From a virus: a stretch of DNA of 64,000 bases. Position numbers and translations under genes: made by a program. The notes beneath the pieces were generated by a model. The model saw only the letters and a program-made list of their open reading frames with translations. It searched no databases and was not told where the DNA came from. Shown in pieces: positions 39,277 through 48,960 of the stretch. Every line of letters begins with the position of its first letter. Positions within the stretch are counted from its first letter, which is position 1. The stretch is from IMG/VR virus record IMGVR_UViG_3300045988_112808. One strand, written 5' to 3'.

Positions 39277-40592
39277 ATTATGAATCTTTTAGACATTTCC
39301 TCTGCAATATCATACACGACCGTATGATCCTCTTCATTGTACGGCTTATTGATATTCAGCACTCCTTTTCTCACTTTGAACTTCTTATCTTTTCTAAGGT
39401 GATTCAACATACCTTGTTGGAACACGCAGTCCGCTTTCTCCATAGCAGCATTTTTATCAGACCATTCTTTTAGCGTATAACCTTTACTGTTCGTGCTTTT
39501 TGGAGAAAAATTCATAATACGTGCATCAATTCCGTACCAGTTTTTAACCATTCTTCTTTCAGCCTCCAATTGAAAAGCGTGTTCATTTCGTATGTCACCT
39601 GATTTAAAATCTAAGATAACAATCTCTTCTTTCTCCACTTCTCTCACTTCCTTCTTCGGATCACCTTTTTTGAACTGCCCTGTGGCCCTTTGATACACGG
39701 CTCCAAAATAACCTTCTTCTTTGTATTTGAATGTCATTTCAACCATCGCATCTATCGGCGTAGCTACCAAATAGTCCTCTAATGACAATATTCTTTCAAT
39801 CATCATCGGCTTAACCTTATACTCCGAACAAAACTTAGCAAACTTCATAACTCTGACAATCATATCATCAAGATCATCTATGCTACCAAAGAATTTGTCA
39901 AGATTCTTTTTTGATATTTTAAGCTTGCCTTCTTGCACTGTCTTAACTATAAAACTTCGATTTAAGACCATATCTCTACCTGTCAAGTACAATCCGTATA
40001 GGTAGTGCATGATCGTTCCTTTATCTGCATCATATTCTGATACTTCTTCCGGATTGCGACCAATCATCCTCATCTCCTGTCTCCATTCTTGAAGAGCCGT
40101 CTTGTCATCTACGAATCCGTCTCTGATCATGGTTGTTACCGAGGCGTATATCTTGGCTGTCCCATCGTCCATCTTTCTTACATAAAAACGATTACCGTCT
40201 AATGTCAATCTTACGAATTTGGGAGTCTCGATCTTCTTTAACTCATCACAGATATAAAACGGTTCTAACGTTTCCTGATTTTCTGTAAACGGATTCGAAT
40301 CCTCTTCTCCAGGGTTAGGAGCGGCTTCCTCCGCCGGAGCTTCCGGTTCCTCCTTCTGGGCCTGCTCTGGCTCAGGCGCCGGCTCTTCAACTACTGGAAC
40401 CTGTCCACCTCTTTCCGCTATGTCTCTGTTCTTTATTAAAGACATAACCTCCTTCTTCAACTGCTCCGGTGTTTGATTAGGATCTGACACCGACATCACA
40501 ACATCGTTCATTCTAAACAACGTATTTCCTTTTCCCTCCACCATAGGTACAAACCCTAAATCTGTCAATATTTTTATTTTCTGTTCTATCAT
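39273..40592 (-). CDS. protein with C-terminal PD-(D/E)xK (RecB/YqaJ-like) nuclease domain and Pro/Glu-rich linker
   Basis: PIDAMVEM, VILDFKSG, QLEAER motifs. Confidence 0.5.
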   Translation of the reverse strand: MIEQKIKILTDLGFVPMVEGKGNTLFRMNDVVMSVSDPNQTPEQLKKEVMSLIKNRDIAERGGQVPVVEEPAPEPEQAQKEEPEAPAEEAAPNPGEEDSNPFTENQETLEPFYICDELKKIETPKFVRLTLDGNRFYVRKMDDGTAKIYASVTTMIRDGFVDDKTALQEWRQEMRMIGRNPEEVSEYDADKGTIMHYLYGLYLTGRDMVLNRSFIVKTVQEGKLKISKKNLDKFFGSIDDLDDMIVRVMKFAKFCSEYKVKPMMIERILSLEDYLVATPIDAMVEMTFKYKEEGYFGAVYQRATGQFKKGDPKKEVREVEKEEIVILDFKSGDIRNEHAFQLEAERRMVKNWYGIDARIMNFSPKSTNSKGYTLKEWSDKNAAMEKADCVFQQGMLNHLRKDKKFKVRKGVLNINKPYNEEDHTVVYDIAEEMSKRFII

Positions 40593-40674
40593 CGCAATTT
40601 CTCAATTAATTCCTCTTTAACATAATACAACACAGTTACAGTCTCATCAATATCTGTGGCTGCTTTCTCAAATA

Positions 40675-41196
40675 CTATTTGGGGTTATATCTGTCAATTA
40701 TTTCAATAATCAACCTACCTCTTTCTTTAATCATTCCCCTGCTTTCCATATCCAGTACCTTCTTTACCGCATATTTCCACACAAAAGGAAATTCTGTTTC
40801 AAGTTTATCAAATTCTATCCGGTCAAGATACATGTCGAATACCGTATGCTCCGATTCATGTAGAAAAACTATATTATCTCTGCAAGTGGCAACCGACTTA
40901 TATATCCTTTTCGGAAGTATGTGACATACGTTACATACTGTAGGAAAATGAATAGCCCTACCAGTCATAGACATCCGAATACTATTTAGCTCTTCCAGCA
41001 TAAGACGAAAAAACCCGGATAAATCCGGGCTCTCTAACTTTTTCTTCTTGCTGCTGTTTTTAATGGATGTAATTCTGTTTTTCTTCTTCGGAGTCAACTC
41101 TTTGCTCCTGCAAGCCTGGCATAAGCCATGACTTCTTATCATCACTTTTCGTCCGCATCGTTCGCAGACGTATAGCTTCTTTTCCTTGCTTTCCAT
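40675..41196 (-). CDS. HNH-like endonuclease with N-terminal zinc ribbon (NinG/Rap-like?)
   Basis: CERCGRK...C..C; CNVCHILPK...RDNIVFLHESEH. Confidence 0.45.
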   Translation of the reverse strand: MESKEKKLYVCERCGRKVMIRSHGLCQACRSKELTPKKKNRITSIKNSSKKKKLESPDLSGFFRLMLEELNSIRMSMTGRAIHFPTVCNVCHILPKRIYKSVATCRDNIVFLHESEHTVFDMYLDRIEFDKLETEFPFVWKYAVKKVLDMESRGMIKERGRLIIEIIDRYNPK

Positions 41197-41381
41197 TCGA
41201 ATAATAATGATATTATTGAAAAGAACAATCCCGCTGAAGCCAGTAGATAAGGTACGTTCATTAATAATTTAGATACCTCGTCTGTCTTAATCACTATCAA
41301 AAGGAAAGCGCCTGCTGAAAGCAATGATATTATCGCCACAACAAGCGCTATGTTGGAAACTACATCAGCCTTACTCTTCAC
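41142..41381 (-). CDS. small two-TM membrane protein
   Basis: two hydrophobic helices. Confidence 0.5.
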   Translation of the reverse strand: MKSKADVVSNIALVVAIISLLSAGAFLLIVIKTDEVSKLLMNVPYLLASAGLFFSIISLLFEWKARKRSYTSANDADEK

Positions 41382-41841
41382 TCTTCTTCTCGCCTAATTT
41401 TTCAGCTCCCTTCTGAAGATCGTATTTGAATACGTCAATGATCTTCGTTTCAGCAATAGCTTCGCAATTCCAGTCTCCTAACGTGCCCTGCATACCTTTA
41501 GTTAACACAGCCTCAGCGTCTTTCGGATTGCCGGCCTGGACATACATATAGCATGGCGTTTTCTTTTCTTTACCTTTCTTTTCATCCAGTGTAATGTAAT
41601 TCACCTTACACTTATACCAGTACTCAGCTTCTCCGTTGAAGAAGATTTCCGACACTTTAATAGGATTTATTTTAATAATGTCGAACACTTGAAATAAATC
41701 CTTGAAAATCTCTAAAGATCTTGATTCTGCCTCTGTATAAGACAAGGCATCTACCAAATACTTTTCAGTTACTTTCTTTTTTTTGCCGTTCTCGATATTA
41801 TCAATCTCGGCTTTTACCGTAATTTCAAACCAGCGATTCAT
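41371..41841 (-). CDS. hypothetical protein
   Basis: ORF track. Confidence 0.6.
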   Translation of the reverse strand: MNRWFEITVKAEIDNIENGKKKKVTEKYLVDALSYTEAESRSLEIFKDLFQVFDIIKINPIKVSEIFFNGEAEYWYKCKVNYITLDEKKGKEKKTPCYMYVQAGNPKDAEAVLTKGMQGTLGDWNCEAIAETKIIDVFKYDLQKGAEKLGEKKSEE

Positions 41842-41852
41842 TGTATTAATAT

Positions 41853-42107
41853 TTAATTAGTTGATTTCTTTCCTTTCTCTATACTATTTTTAAATCTTTC
41901 AGAACACCACTGCAAAACATCCATCATCATCATCTCATTATTAGATAAGATGCCTTTTATAATTAACGCCAATTGATGCTGTGACATTCTTAGGCTCATA
42001 TCAAATCTTCTTTCCTCTTCATTTACTATCGTGGCTACGAAATACTTACACCCCTCTAAGTGCGTCAGGGCTTCAATCATAGCTTCTTTTATCTCTTTTT
42101 CTTCCAT
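41853..42107 (-). CDS. hypothetical protein
   Basis: ORF track. Confidence 0.55.
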   Translation of the reverse strand: MEEKEIKEAMIEALTHLEGCKYFVATIVNEEERRFDMSLRMSQHQLALIIKGILSNNEMMMMDVLQWCSERFKNSIEKGKKSTN

Positions 42108-42183
42108 TCTGTTTGTTTTTTGGACAAAGATATGTCTTTTGATAATAAAAAAAGATTCAAAATGATTTAATTTAGCTTAATTA

Positions 42184-42849
42184 CTACTCTTTTGATTCGT
42201 CCGGCATAGGCATGTCAAACTTTTTCCTGATAAACGATTCTGTTTCTTCATTGAATGGATAGGCCTCCTTAATAAAATTCATAGCTACCTCCATATCACC
42301 GTCTGCTATATCTTTATACCTTTCAAAGATACCAACCAGGTCATTGTTATATGAACGCTCTTGTTTTATGTTGTACACGTATCTCAACACCCTGTCTTTA
42401 ATTTCATTGGCTTTTTTCACAGTATCATTGAAGGAATTTATACTTTCCAATTCTGGATCTTTGCTTTCCTTGTTTACCTTATCAAACTCTTCTTTGCTAT
42501 ACCCCGCTTCCCCTTTAATAGCCGGGCAAACACTTTCTTTTATGATCCAAAACTGTTCATACGATCCTGTCAGAAACCTTGATTTTATTTTAAATGCATT
42601 ATATTTAACAAGCAAATTAGCCACCTCAGTTGCACCTTCTATGGTTCTAAAACCGATGCCGATATCTTCTAACATAAATACTGGAACTCCAGTTCTTGGA
42701 TACACGACTTCTTTTTTGTTCTTTATATTCCAGTTTTTAGCTTCAATTGGAATACCTTTACCAGCAAGCTCTTTGTCTATATACAGACTTATCTCTTCGT
42801 CTGTCAATGCCACAATCTCATCTCTGCTTAAATCAAAAACTGTTTTCAT
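42184..42849 (-). CDS. hypothetical protein
   Basis: ORF track. Confidence 0.65.
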   Translation of the reverse strand: MKTVFDLSRDEIVALTDEEISLYIDKELAGKGIPIEAKNWNIKNKKEVVYPRTGVPVFMLEDIGIGFRTIEGATEVANLLVKYNAFKIKSRFLTGSYEQFWIIKESVCPAIKGEAGYSKEEFDKVNKESKDPELESINSFNDTVKKANEIKDRVLRYVYNIKQERSYNNDLVGIFERYKDIADGDMEVAMNFIKEAYPFNEETESFIRKKFDMPMPDESKE

Positions 42850-43049
42850 TTCTTTTTATTTATTAAATTAAACAATCTACCTCTTTGTTCAGGCTCCGTA
42901 TATTCTACCCATATATCGGCTGCCACATTTCTAAGAAATTCCATAAAGTCTTGATGATCCCTGTATTCAGCAGAATCAACTTTTCTCACAAAACTTAGAA
43001 TTTCCTTTAACATCTTATTGTTTTCTTCAAGAAGTTCTCTGTCGGTCAT
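42846..43049 (-). CDS. hypothetical protein
   Basis: ORF track. Confidence 0.55.
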   Translation of the reverse strand: MTDRELLEENNKMLKEILSFVRKVDSAEYRDHQDFMEFLRNVAADIWVEYTEPEQRGRLFNLINKKK

Positions 43050-43055
43050 AACCTT

Positions 43056-43304
43056 TCAAATTTTCTTCTTATGGTGTTGATTCTTTACCGCTCTGGCTAC
43101 CTCCGACAACTCCACGTCCCTTTCCATTGTTACCCGAAAATCTTCTTCTGTTAAAGAAAAAGACATAGTTAATGTAGGAGTATCCTTAAAATACCAATCA
43201 CATAATTCTTTTAACTCTTTACGTTCATCCTAGTTTTTACATTTATGAATGGTAAGGTAATTCATTCTTTCCTCTTTTTCTTTGTCTGTTAAATCTTTTT
43301 TCAT
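43056..43304 (-). other. 82-codon frame with single in-frame TAG (43230-43232): either a TAG-interrupted gene or two micro-ORFs
   Basis: translation MKKDLTDKEKEERMNYLTIHKCKN*DERKELKELCDWYFKDTPTLTMSFSLTEEDFRVTMERDVELSEVARAVKNQHHKKKI. Confidence 0.3.
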
Positions 43305-43337
43305 AATTCTAACTTTTAAAATTGAGTATATAATTAC

Positions 43338-43604
43338 CTAAGGTAATAGATCATCCAAATAAGCCCATGATTCCATTTCATCTAATCTGCATAAAATACA
43401 TCCTGGACGGCTGGATATAAAAGTTCTGTTCTCTTCCAATATACCCATAATTGGATTCTTTGATCCTATTGTTGATTTCTTAGGGAGAAACACAATAAAA
43501 CGGTGGCAATCTGGAATTACTGTTATAGAATGCCACACGCTGTTAATGCGCCATTCTGCACCAGCTTTAAAAAGAGGAACAGCAAATTCTATATCTTGTT
43601 TCAT
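43338..43604 (-). CDS. hypothetical protein
   Basis: ORF track. Confidence 0.55.
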   Translation of the reverse strand: MKQDIEFAVPLFKAGAEWRINSVWHSITVIPDCHRFIVFLPKKSTIGSKNPIMGILEENRTFISSRPGCILCRLDEMESWAYLDDLLP

Positions 43605-43648
43605 GTCTTATTATTGTTTAATTAATTTAAATATTTTTAGTTTTGAAA

Positions 43649-43894
43649 TTATTTAATATGCTTATCGGCTGGATTGATTATCAATCCATCGTCACATGAA
43701 GGGAATGATATGTTAGATTCTCCATTATCAAGATTAGTCAGTTTAACCGTTCCAGCATATTCATCATCCACAAAAAACAATTGACCCGAAGAAACCACAA
43801 ACCTGCATTGATATGCATTCATCATTGCTCCAAGTTGTCTAATCTTAGTTTTAATCTCTAAAAGTTGAGCGTTGTTGATTATATTCTTATTCAT
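43649..43894 (-). CDS. hypothetical protein
   Basis: ORF track. Confidence 0.55.
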   Translation of the reverse strand: MNKNIINNAQLLEIKTKIRQLGAMMNAYQCRFVVSSGQLFFVDDEYAGTVKLTNLDNGESNISFPSCDDGLIINPADKHIK

Positions 43895-43900
43895 ATTTTA

Positions 43901-44041
43901 TTAAAGTTTATCTATTATTTTGTCACCCATTTCCTGCCATTCATCACTCACGCTTATAACCAATCCTATGACAGTTGATGATAATAACAATGTAAAAATA
44001 AGCCATAACAGAAAGCAGATAAAAACACATACATACCTCAT
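43901..44041 (-). CDS. small single-TM membrane peptide (46 aa)
   Basis: ATG ORF below cutoff: MRYVCVFICFLLWLIFTLLLSSTVIGLVISVSDEWQEMGDKIIDKL. Confidence 0.45.
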   Translation of the reverse strand: MRYVCVFICFLLWLIFTLLLSSTVIGLVISVSDEWQEMGDKIIDKL

Positions 44042-44047
44042 GATTTT

Positions 44048-44794
44048 TTAGTTGTTAGATAAAAGCAAAATCGGTTCATTTGACTCCGCAATTGCTTTTA
44101 TTTGTTCTGGATTGACAAAACTCTTAACTTGTTCGCTTATATTACAAATGGACTTGATCATATCAACGAATAATTTCGAGGTACATTCGTTACACTCCAC
44201 TTCCATTACCTGTTTATGTCTATTGTATGATATGCTCGTTACACAATTCAGCCAGTGCGCATAAGTTCCTTTTTCTGTATTTAACCTGCCGTATTCTACT
44301 TTTGTCTCTCCATTTCCATATTCAATTACTCTTTTTAGAAATGGTTTTGCATAAACACTAAAACCGAAAGGTTGGGTGTTTAAGGCATCTAAACGGGAAG
44401 TTCCATCTCTCCATTTTCCATTTTCATCGCCTCCTGTCCATTCCTTAGAGGGGTTAGGGACAATATTTCCGTTTTTGTCATAGGAAAACGTGCAATTCGT
44501 TTCCAGTTGATACTTAATAACAGGCACTTCTTCTACTATTTTATAACTCAAACATCTCTTCAGAACTTCCCTGATTTGACTTTCCAAATCAGAAAGTGCT
44601 ATACTATTGAAATATCCTTCGTTGCCTAATCTGTTTGTAGGTAATTTGATCCCATAAGAATGAATCTTGTCCACATCTTCTTTTGACAAGGTAGTGGTAA
44701 ACACTCCTTCTTTGGTGACATTCACTTTAACAGTTACAGACAAACTGTTATTAGCGTTCTTTTCCGTTATATTTAGTGTTGTTAATGCTGCCAT
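44048..44794 (-). CDS. hypothetical protein
   Basis: ORF track. Confidence 0.65.
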   Translation of the reverse strand: MAALTTLNITEKNANNSLSVTVKVNVTKEGVFTTTLSKEDVDKIHSYGIKLPTNRLGNEGYFNSIALSDLESQIREVLKRCLSYKIVEEVPVIKYQLETNCTFSYDKNGNIVPNPSKEWTGGDENGKWRDGTSRLDALNTQPFGFSVYAKPFLKRVIEYGNGETKVEYGRLNTEKGTYAHWLNCVTSISYNRHKQVMEVECNECTSKLFVDMIKSICNISEQVKSFVNPEQIKAIAESNEPILLLSNN

Positions 44795-44900
44795 AATCAG
44801 ATCTTTTTAAAATCAATTCGAATAAATATAATACATTCCTGCTTCATATACCTTATGTACATCAGGGTCATTCTTGTCTTCCGGTTCCAATTCACTCTCT

Positions 44901-45059
44901 TCACAAGTATAATTCAGAGTTGTAGTACATATCCTCGTCTGTTTTCTCCAAGGAACAATCTTTCATTAGATTCATATTTTCTCCCCATACTGCAACTTCT
45001 TGTCGTTGCTCTTCTTCTGTCATAAGGGATATTTTGTCTTTTAATTCTTTCCAGGTCAT
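44901..45059 (-). CDS. small hypothetical protein (52 aa)
   Basis: ATG ORF below cutoff filling gap. Confidence 0.4.
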   Translation of the reverse strand: MTWKELKDKISLMTEEEQRQEVAVWGENMNLMKDCSLEKTDEDMYYNSELYL

Positions 45060-45083
45060 GATTTCTAAAATATGATCAATAAT

Positions 45084-45467
45084 TCATTCTACATCAAAAA
45101 GTTGATCTAACACCAATAATTCGGCATCCATGTCTTCATCTTTCGGGAAACGAACTTTTATGTTTCCGAACTTAGATGTCTTAAACAAGATATAGGGGTT
45201 CATATCTTCGGCAGTCACCGGCTTATACTCCTTAACTTCCGACATCTTGAGATACCAGTCACCTATTTTTACAAACCCCGAAAAGATAGAACACAGATGC
45301 GCTTTCACGGACAGTATTTCCCTTTTATCTTTAAGGGGTATAATTTCCTCCTTCCCTCTTATCCTGATTGACAGGAAAGGACGAATGTTGTCTGTTTCAT
45401 TTTGGAATCTGAAGCCTGTTATGGCTTGCTTGGGGATTCTTCTTCCCATTAATATAAAATAGCTCAT
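45084..45467 (-). CDS. hypothetical protein
   Basis: ORF track. Confidence 0.6.
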   Translation of the reverse strand: MSYFILMGRRIPKQAITGFRFQNETDNIRPFLSIRIRGKEEIIPLKDKREILSVKAHLCSIFSGFVKIGDWYLKMSEVKEYKPVTAEDMNPYILFKTSKFGNIKVRFPKDEDMDAELLVLDQLFDVE

Positions 45468-45469
45468 TG

Positions 45470-45811
45470 TTATAAGTGATTTTGTTTTATATCAGGTAAG
45501 TAATTTGTAATAACATCAAGTGATATCCATAACTCTGGCTCTATGCTGTTTTTTATTCTATCACTAAAAAGCGAATTATCATCACAATCACAATGAGAGA
45601 TTGTGATATAACAATCTTGATAATCCCACCAATGAGCCGATTTAAAATCGTCCCCTCCATTCCAGAATCCTATTCTTATACCTCTTGGGTTGAAATCTTC
45701 ATCTATCCAACTTGGATGATAAGCCAACACTTCTTCTCCCTCTGGAGGTTTTTCCTCTTTGTATTTCTTCCAGTTCATATCACTTTTAATTAGTTGGACA
45801 CAAATGTACAA
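45470..45811 (-). CDS. hypothetical protein (DUF551-like N-terminus?)
   Basis: MNWKKYKEEKPPEGEEVLAY resembles phage DUF551 start. Confidence 0.45.
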   Translation of the reverse strand: MYICVQLIKSDMNWKKYKEEKPPEGEEVLAYHPSWIDEDFNPRGIRIGFWNGGDDFKSAHWWDYQDCYITISHCDCDDNSLFSDRIKNSIEPELWISLDVITNYLPDIKQNHL

Positions 45812-46590
45812 ATTTTATTAAGATACCCTTCTGTCATCTCTATGAAATTCACACAATCTAATTTGCTTAACTTGTAAATCAATGCCGGATTGTGTACTAT
45901 GGCTATAATTTGTGTTTGTGGTTTATGGAATGACAATACATTATAAATTTGCATTATGTTGTCAATGTCAAGATTCCTGTCTGGCTCATCCATGAGAACC
46001 GTGTATTCAAAACTGCTTTCTGTTAATGTTATGCGGTTTCTTTCATAATACTTCAACAGGTTATCAATTCTTTTAATCCAAAACGCATTTGATTTTTTCT
46101 TGTATTCTACAAGATCTTGTATTGGAAATGTATAATCCTTTTGACCGAACATTAAATTGAAAAGTGATTCCAATGACAACACCACTTTCTCTCCATAAGA
46201 TCTTCGAATATTATTCACATACAAATCTAAGTTGCTGATGTTTTTCAATACGCTATCTCGATTCATCTCCGCCGATGGCAATAAACGGAATACTTTCCCT
46301 GCATAATCGGATGATATGTCAATCCCATCAAGAACCTTGTCATCATCATCATCAAATATAGGTGGAAAATCCAGTGCCTCGATCGGTATTTCAGAACACA
46401 TGGATTTCTCACATAACGCATACATTGATATGATGTTAAGCAAGGTTGATTTTCCACTACCGTTTTTACCTATAATTACATTCACTCCTGGCTTGAAAAT
46501 AAATTCTCTGCCATTTTCAAATGCTTCTATATTAGAAACGTATTCAAATGGAGTTTTTGTATTGTCTTTTATTTTTACCGATGTTATCAT
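45790..46590 (-). CDS. ABC/AAA_21-like ATPase
   Basis: Walker A GKNGSGKSTLL; Walker B VLMDEPDRNLD; H-loop-like IVHNP. Confidence 0.7.
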   Translation of the reverse strand: MITSVKIKDNTKTPFEYVSNIEAFENGREFIFKPGVNVIIGKNGSGKSTLLNIISMYALCEKSMCSEIPIEALDFPPIFDDDDDKVLDGIDISSDYAGKVFRLLPSAEMNRDSVLKNISNLDLYVNNIRRSYGEKVVLSLESLFNLMFGQKDYTFPIQDLVEYKKKSNAFWIKRIDNLLKYYERNRITLTESSFEYTVLMDEPDRNLDIDNIMQIYNVLSFHKPQTQIIAIVHNPALIYKLSKLDCVNFIEMTEGYLNKICTFVSN

Positions 46591-46602
46591 ATGTAATCCT
46601 TT

Positions 46603-47442
46603 TTAAAAATCAATTACCGCCCGAACCCTGTAACTATTGTACTCAATGTTGCTGTGCGTGCCGCCAATGGAGAAGCTCACGAACCATGCGCTGACCTTGC
46701 TGTACTCGGTACTGGACCAATACCGCGCCGAGGAGAGGGGAGATGCCGAAACATAAGCGAATGCTTTGTTTAGTTCGTCCATATGATGGGCCATTAAATT
46801 TAATTGACCAAGAGATGGTATATACTCGTCATCTTCCAGCAGATTTCTCAATTTTGGATTTCTGGCTACAAGGCGTTCCGTATTGCCGCGTCCGTCAATA
46901 TCAAACAGCGCATCACATTCACGTTCGTAATATGTCTCACTTCCGGATTCTTTACGGCTATCATTGTCAAGCAACCGTACACTATCATGCTCCTCCAGCG
47001 AGATAGCAAACGATACGTCTTTGTGTTTTAATCCGATATAACGCACATTCTCTTTAATATTCTCTCCAGTAAACGGCTCAGCGTGTCCGTTTCCGTAGAT
47101 TAGATACAAACCATCTTTTCTTGATGGTACTCTATTTTCACATACACATCTTTCATTTTTGGGACTTACAATTATGTTCAACTCATTCAACACATGATCT
47201 TTTATAACCTCCTTACATATTTTACCTACAAAACCATAGCCTTCTTTTTGTTTAAGTTCGTCATTCACCATACATCTAATCCAATGCTCTATCTGATTGT
47301 TTCCTCCGTATGTATTAAGCATACACTGTTTTACGAGTTTTTCCAATAATGGCTCTATGTTTTTGATTATATCTTCTTTGGTAAGGTGAAGTTCATTTAA
47401 TATGCAGATCCTTACCGCCTTGTATTCTTTACTTGCGCTCAT
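46603..47442 (-). CDS. hypothetical protein (279 aa) upstream partner of ATPase; GC-rich 3' end
   Basis: ORF track. Confidence 0.65.
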   Translation of the reverse strand: MSASKEYKAVRICILNELHLTKEDIIKNIEPLLEKLVKQCMLNTYGGNNQIEHWIRCMVNDELKQKEGYGFVGKICKEVIKDHVLNELNIIVSPKNERCVCENRVPSRKDGLYLIYGNGHAEPFTGENIKENVRYIGLKHKDVSFAISLEEHDSVRLLDNDSRKESGSETYYERECDALFDIDGRGNTERLVARNPKLRNLLEDDEYIPSLGQLNLMAHHMDELNKAFAYVSASPLSSARYWSSTEYSKVSAWFVSFSIGGTHSNIEYNSYRVRAVIDF

Positions 47443-47449
47443 AATATAT

Positions 47450-47602
47450 CTACTTAATACTGTGAATTATATTTTTTTTCTCTCTCCCACTATCTTCCCC
47501 TATAGGATTATTCCATCCGTATTTTACAGCCGTAGCTTTAAATAGAGGAAGTCTATAAAATCTATAATCATTCTCAAGATGAGTATATACTGTTGATTTC
47601 AT
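47450..47602 (-). CDS. small hypothetical protein (50 aa), ATGA overlap with methyltransferase stop
   Basis: ATG ORF below cutoff. Confidence 0.4.
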   Translation of the reverse strand: MKSTVYTHLENDYRFYRLPLFKATAVKYGWNNPIGEDSGREKKNIIHSIK

Positions 47603-48261
47603 TTCAGTTCTTTAATTAAAGCATCCGCATATATTACAGCTAATTCAGCCGCCTTATCACACGCTTCCAATATTAATTCACCGTGAGGTCCACGTCCCGA
47701 TACGGATGTGATCGGAAGTATGGTTTTTGCTATCTCGTATCTACGTTGTTCCCAATCTACATGGGTGTTACACGGTTCTTGATTGACCTGTATATATCTT
47801 CCTTCAATATTAGAAGATCTTAATGTTTCCGCATTCTCTTCGCCGAATGCAACCAGAATAGACCCACATCCTGGACTTTCACCTATTGTTCCATCTTCTC
47901 TGTGGAATTTTATCCTTCCTTTCATGAACAATATACCTTTTGCTTTCGGGAATACAACATTCTGAAACATCTTATTGTCAAGACGATTAAAAAGAAGAGC
48001 TATTCCATTATTGTGCTCTACCATACGAGTAATAAAATGCTCTATAGTCGGTCTTGAATAAGGTGGGTTTAACCATACCCTTCCTTCCCATTTTTGTTTT
48101 AATCCATCTTGCTCTTTGTTATACATAACCCTGGCTGTCCTCCATAACGGACGCATAGGCGCACATGGATCTAAATCAAATTCCCCTAAAGCGTCTATAA
48201 TTTCTTTAGGTGTGTACCATTCATCTGTACTGTTTTTAGATTTCTCAAATGATGTATTCAT
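47599..48261 (-). CDS. dam: phage Dam-type DNA N6-adenine methyltransferase
   Basis: DEWYTPKEIIDALGEFDLDPCA and WLNPPYS motifs. Confidence 0.8.
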   Translation of the reverse strand: MNTSFEKSKNSTDEWYTPKEIIDALGEFDLDPCAPMRPLWRTARVMYNKEQDGLKQKWEGRVWLNPPYSRPTIEHFITRMVEHNNGIALLFNRLDNKMFQNVVFPKAKGILFMKGRIKFHREDGTIGESPGCGSILVAFGEENAETLRSSNIEGRYIQVNQEPCNTHVDWEQRRYEIAKTILPITSVSGRGPHGELILEACDKAAELAVIYADALIKELK

Positions 48262-48279
48262 ATATCTATGTTTTATAAG

Positions 48280-48942
48280 TTAATCCCATCCTCCAGTAGT
48301 GTACAAAGATACATCTTCCTCCTCTACGTTTACCCCTTTAATAGCCTGTAGAAGTTTTTTCTTTGTCTCCCGGCACATATTGTAACCATATCCTTTATAC
48401 CGATATGAGCGCTCCCATGTGCTTACTGGAAAAGGAATATTTTCGTCAATGACCAGCCTCTTCATATGAAGATGTTCGAAGAATTTCTCATGATAGAGTA
48501 GTTTGTACTCGTATGCTACTATGCTTGCGGATGAGAATGGAAAATAATCATCTTCTTTTTCTTCGTATTTGGGCTCCTTATAGTAAGCCATTTTTGTCAC
48601 AGTAAAATCGAAGCTTCTAAGAATCTCTTTCGGCTTTCCAAACTCTGACTCTATGAACTCTATCCATACCTTTTCTCCCTCTTTCTGGAACGCACATACC
48701 TTCTCATTTCTGTACTTAAATTTCCATCCTTCTTTCTGATGTTTTTCATCATTGAACGAATCAATAGCCTCCTGAAAATCGCTTTCACTTTCAAAGAAAA
48801 TATCAATGTCTTTTACTCTTTCTCCGGAAAGGATATTTTTAAAACATCCACCAGCTATGAATCCTTTGTGGCCTTCCATATACTTGTCAAGCCATCTTAT
48901 TTGCCAGAAATTATCTGGAGTATCTATTACAAAATTATTCAT
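48280..48942 (-). CDS. Pol-beta superfamily nucleotidyltransferase (CCA-adding/polyA-polymerase-like head)
   Basis: GFIAGGCFKNILSGERVKDIDIFF = GG...R..L.G...DID motif. Confidence 0.55.
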   Translation of the reverse strand: MNNFVIDTPDNFWQIRWLDKYMEGHKGFIAGGCFKNILSGERVKDIDIFFESESDFQEAIDSFNDEKHQKEGWKFKYRNEKVCAFQKEGEKVWIEFIESEFGKPKEILRSFDFTVTKMAYYKEPKYEEKEDDYFPFSSASIVAYEYKLLYHEKFFEHLHMKRLVIDENIPFPVSTWERSYRYKGYGYNMCRETKKKLLQAIKGVNVEEEDVSLYTTGGWD

Positions 48943-48960
48943 ATTGTTTATGTTTTGCCG

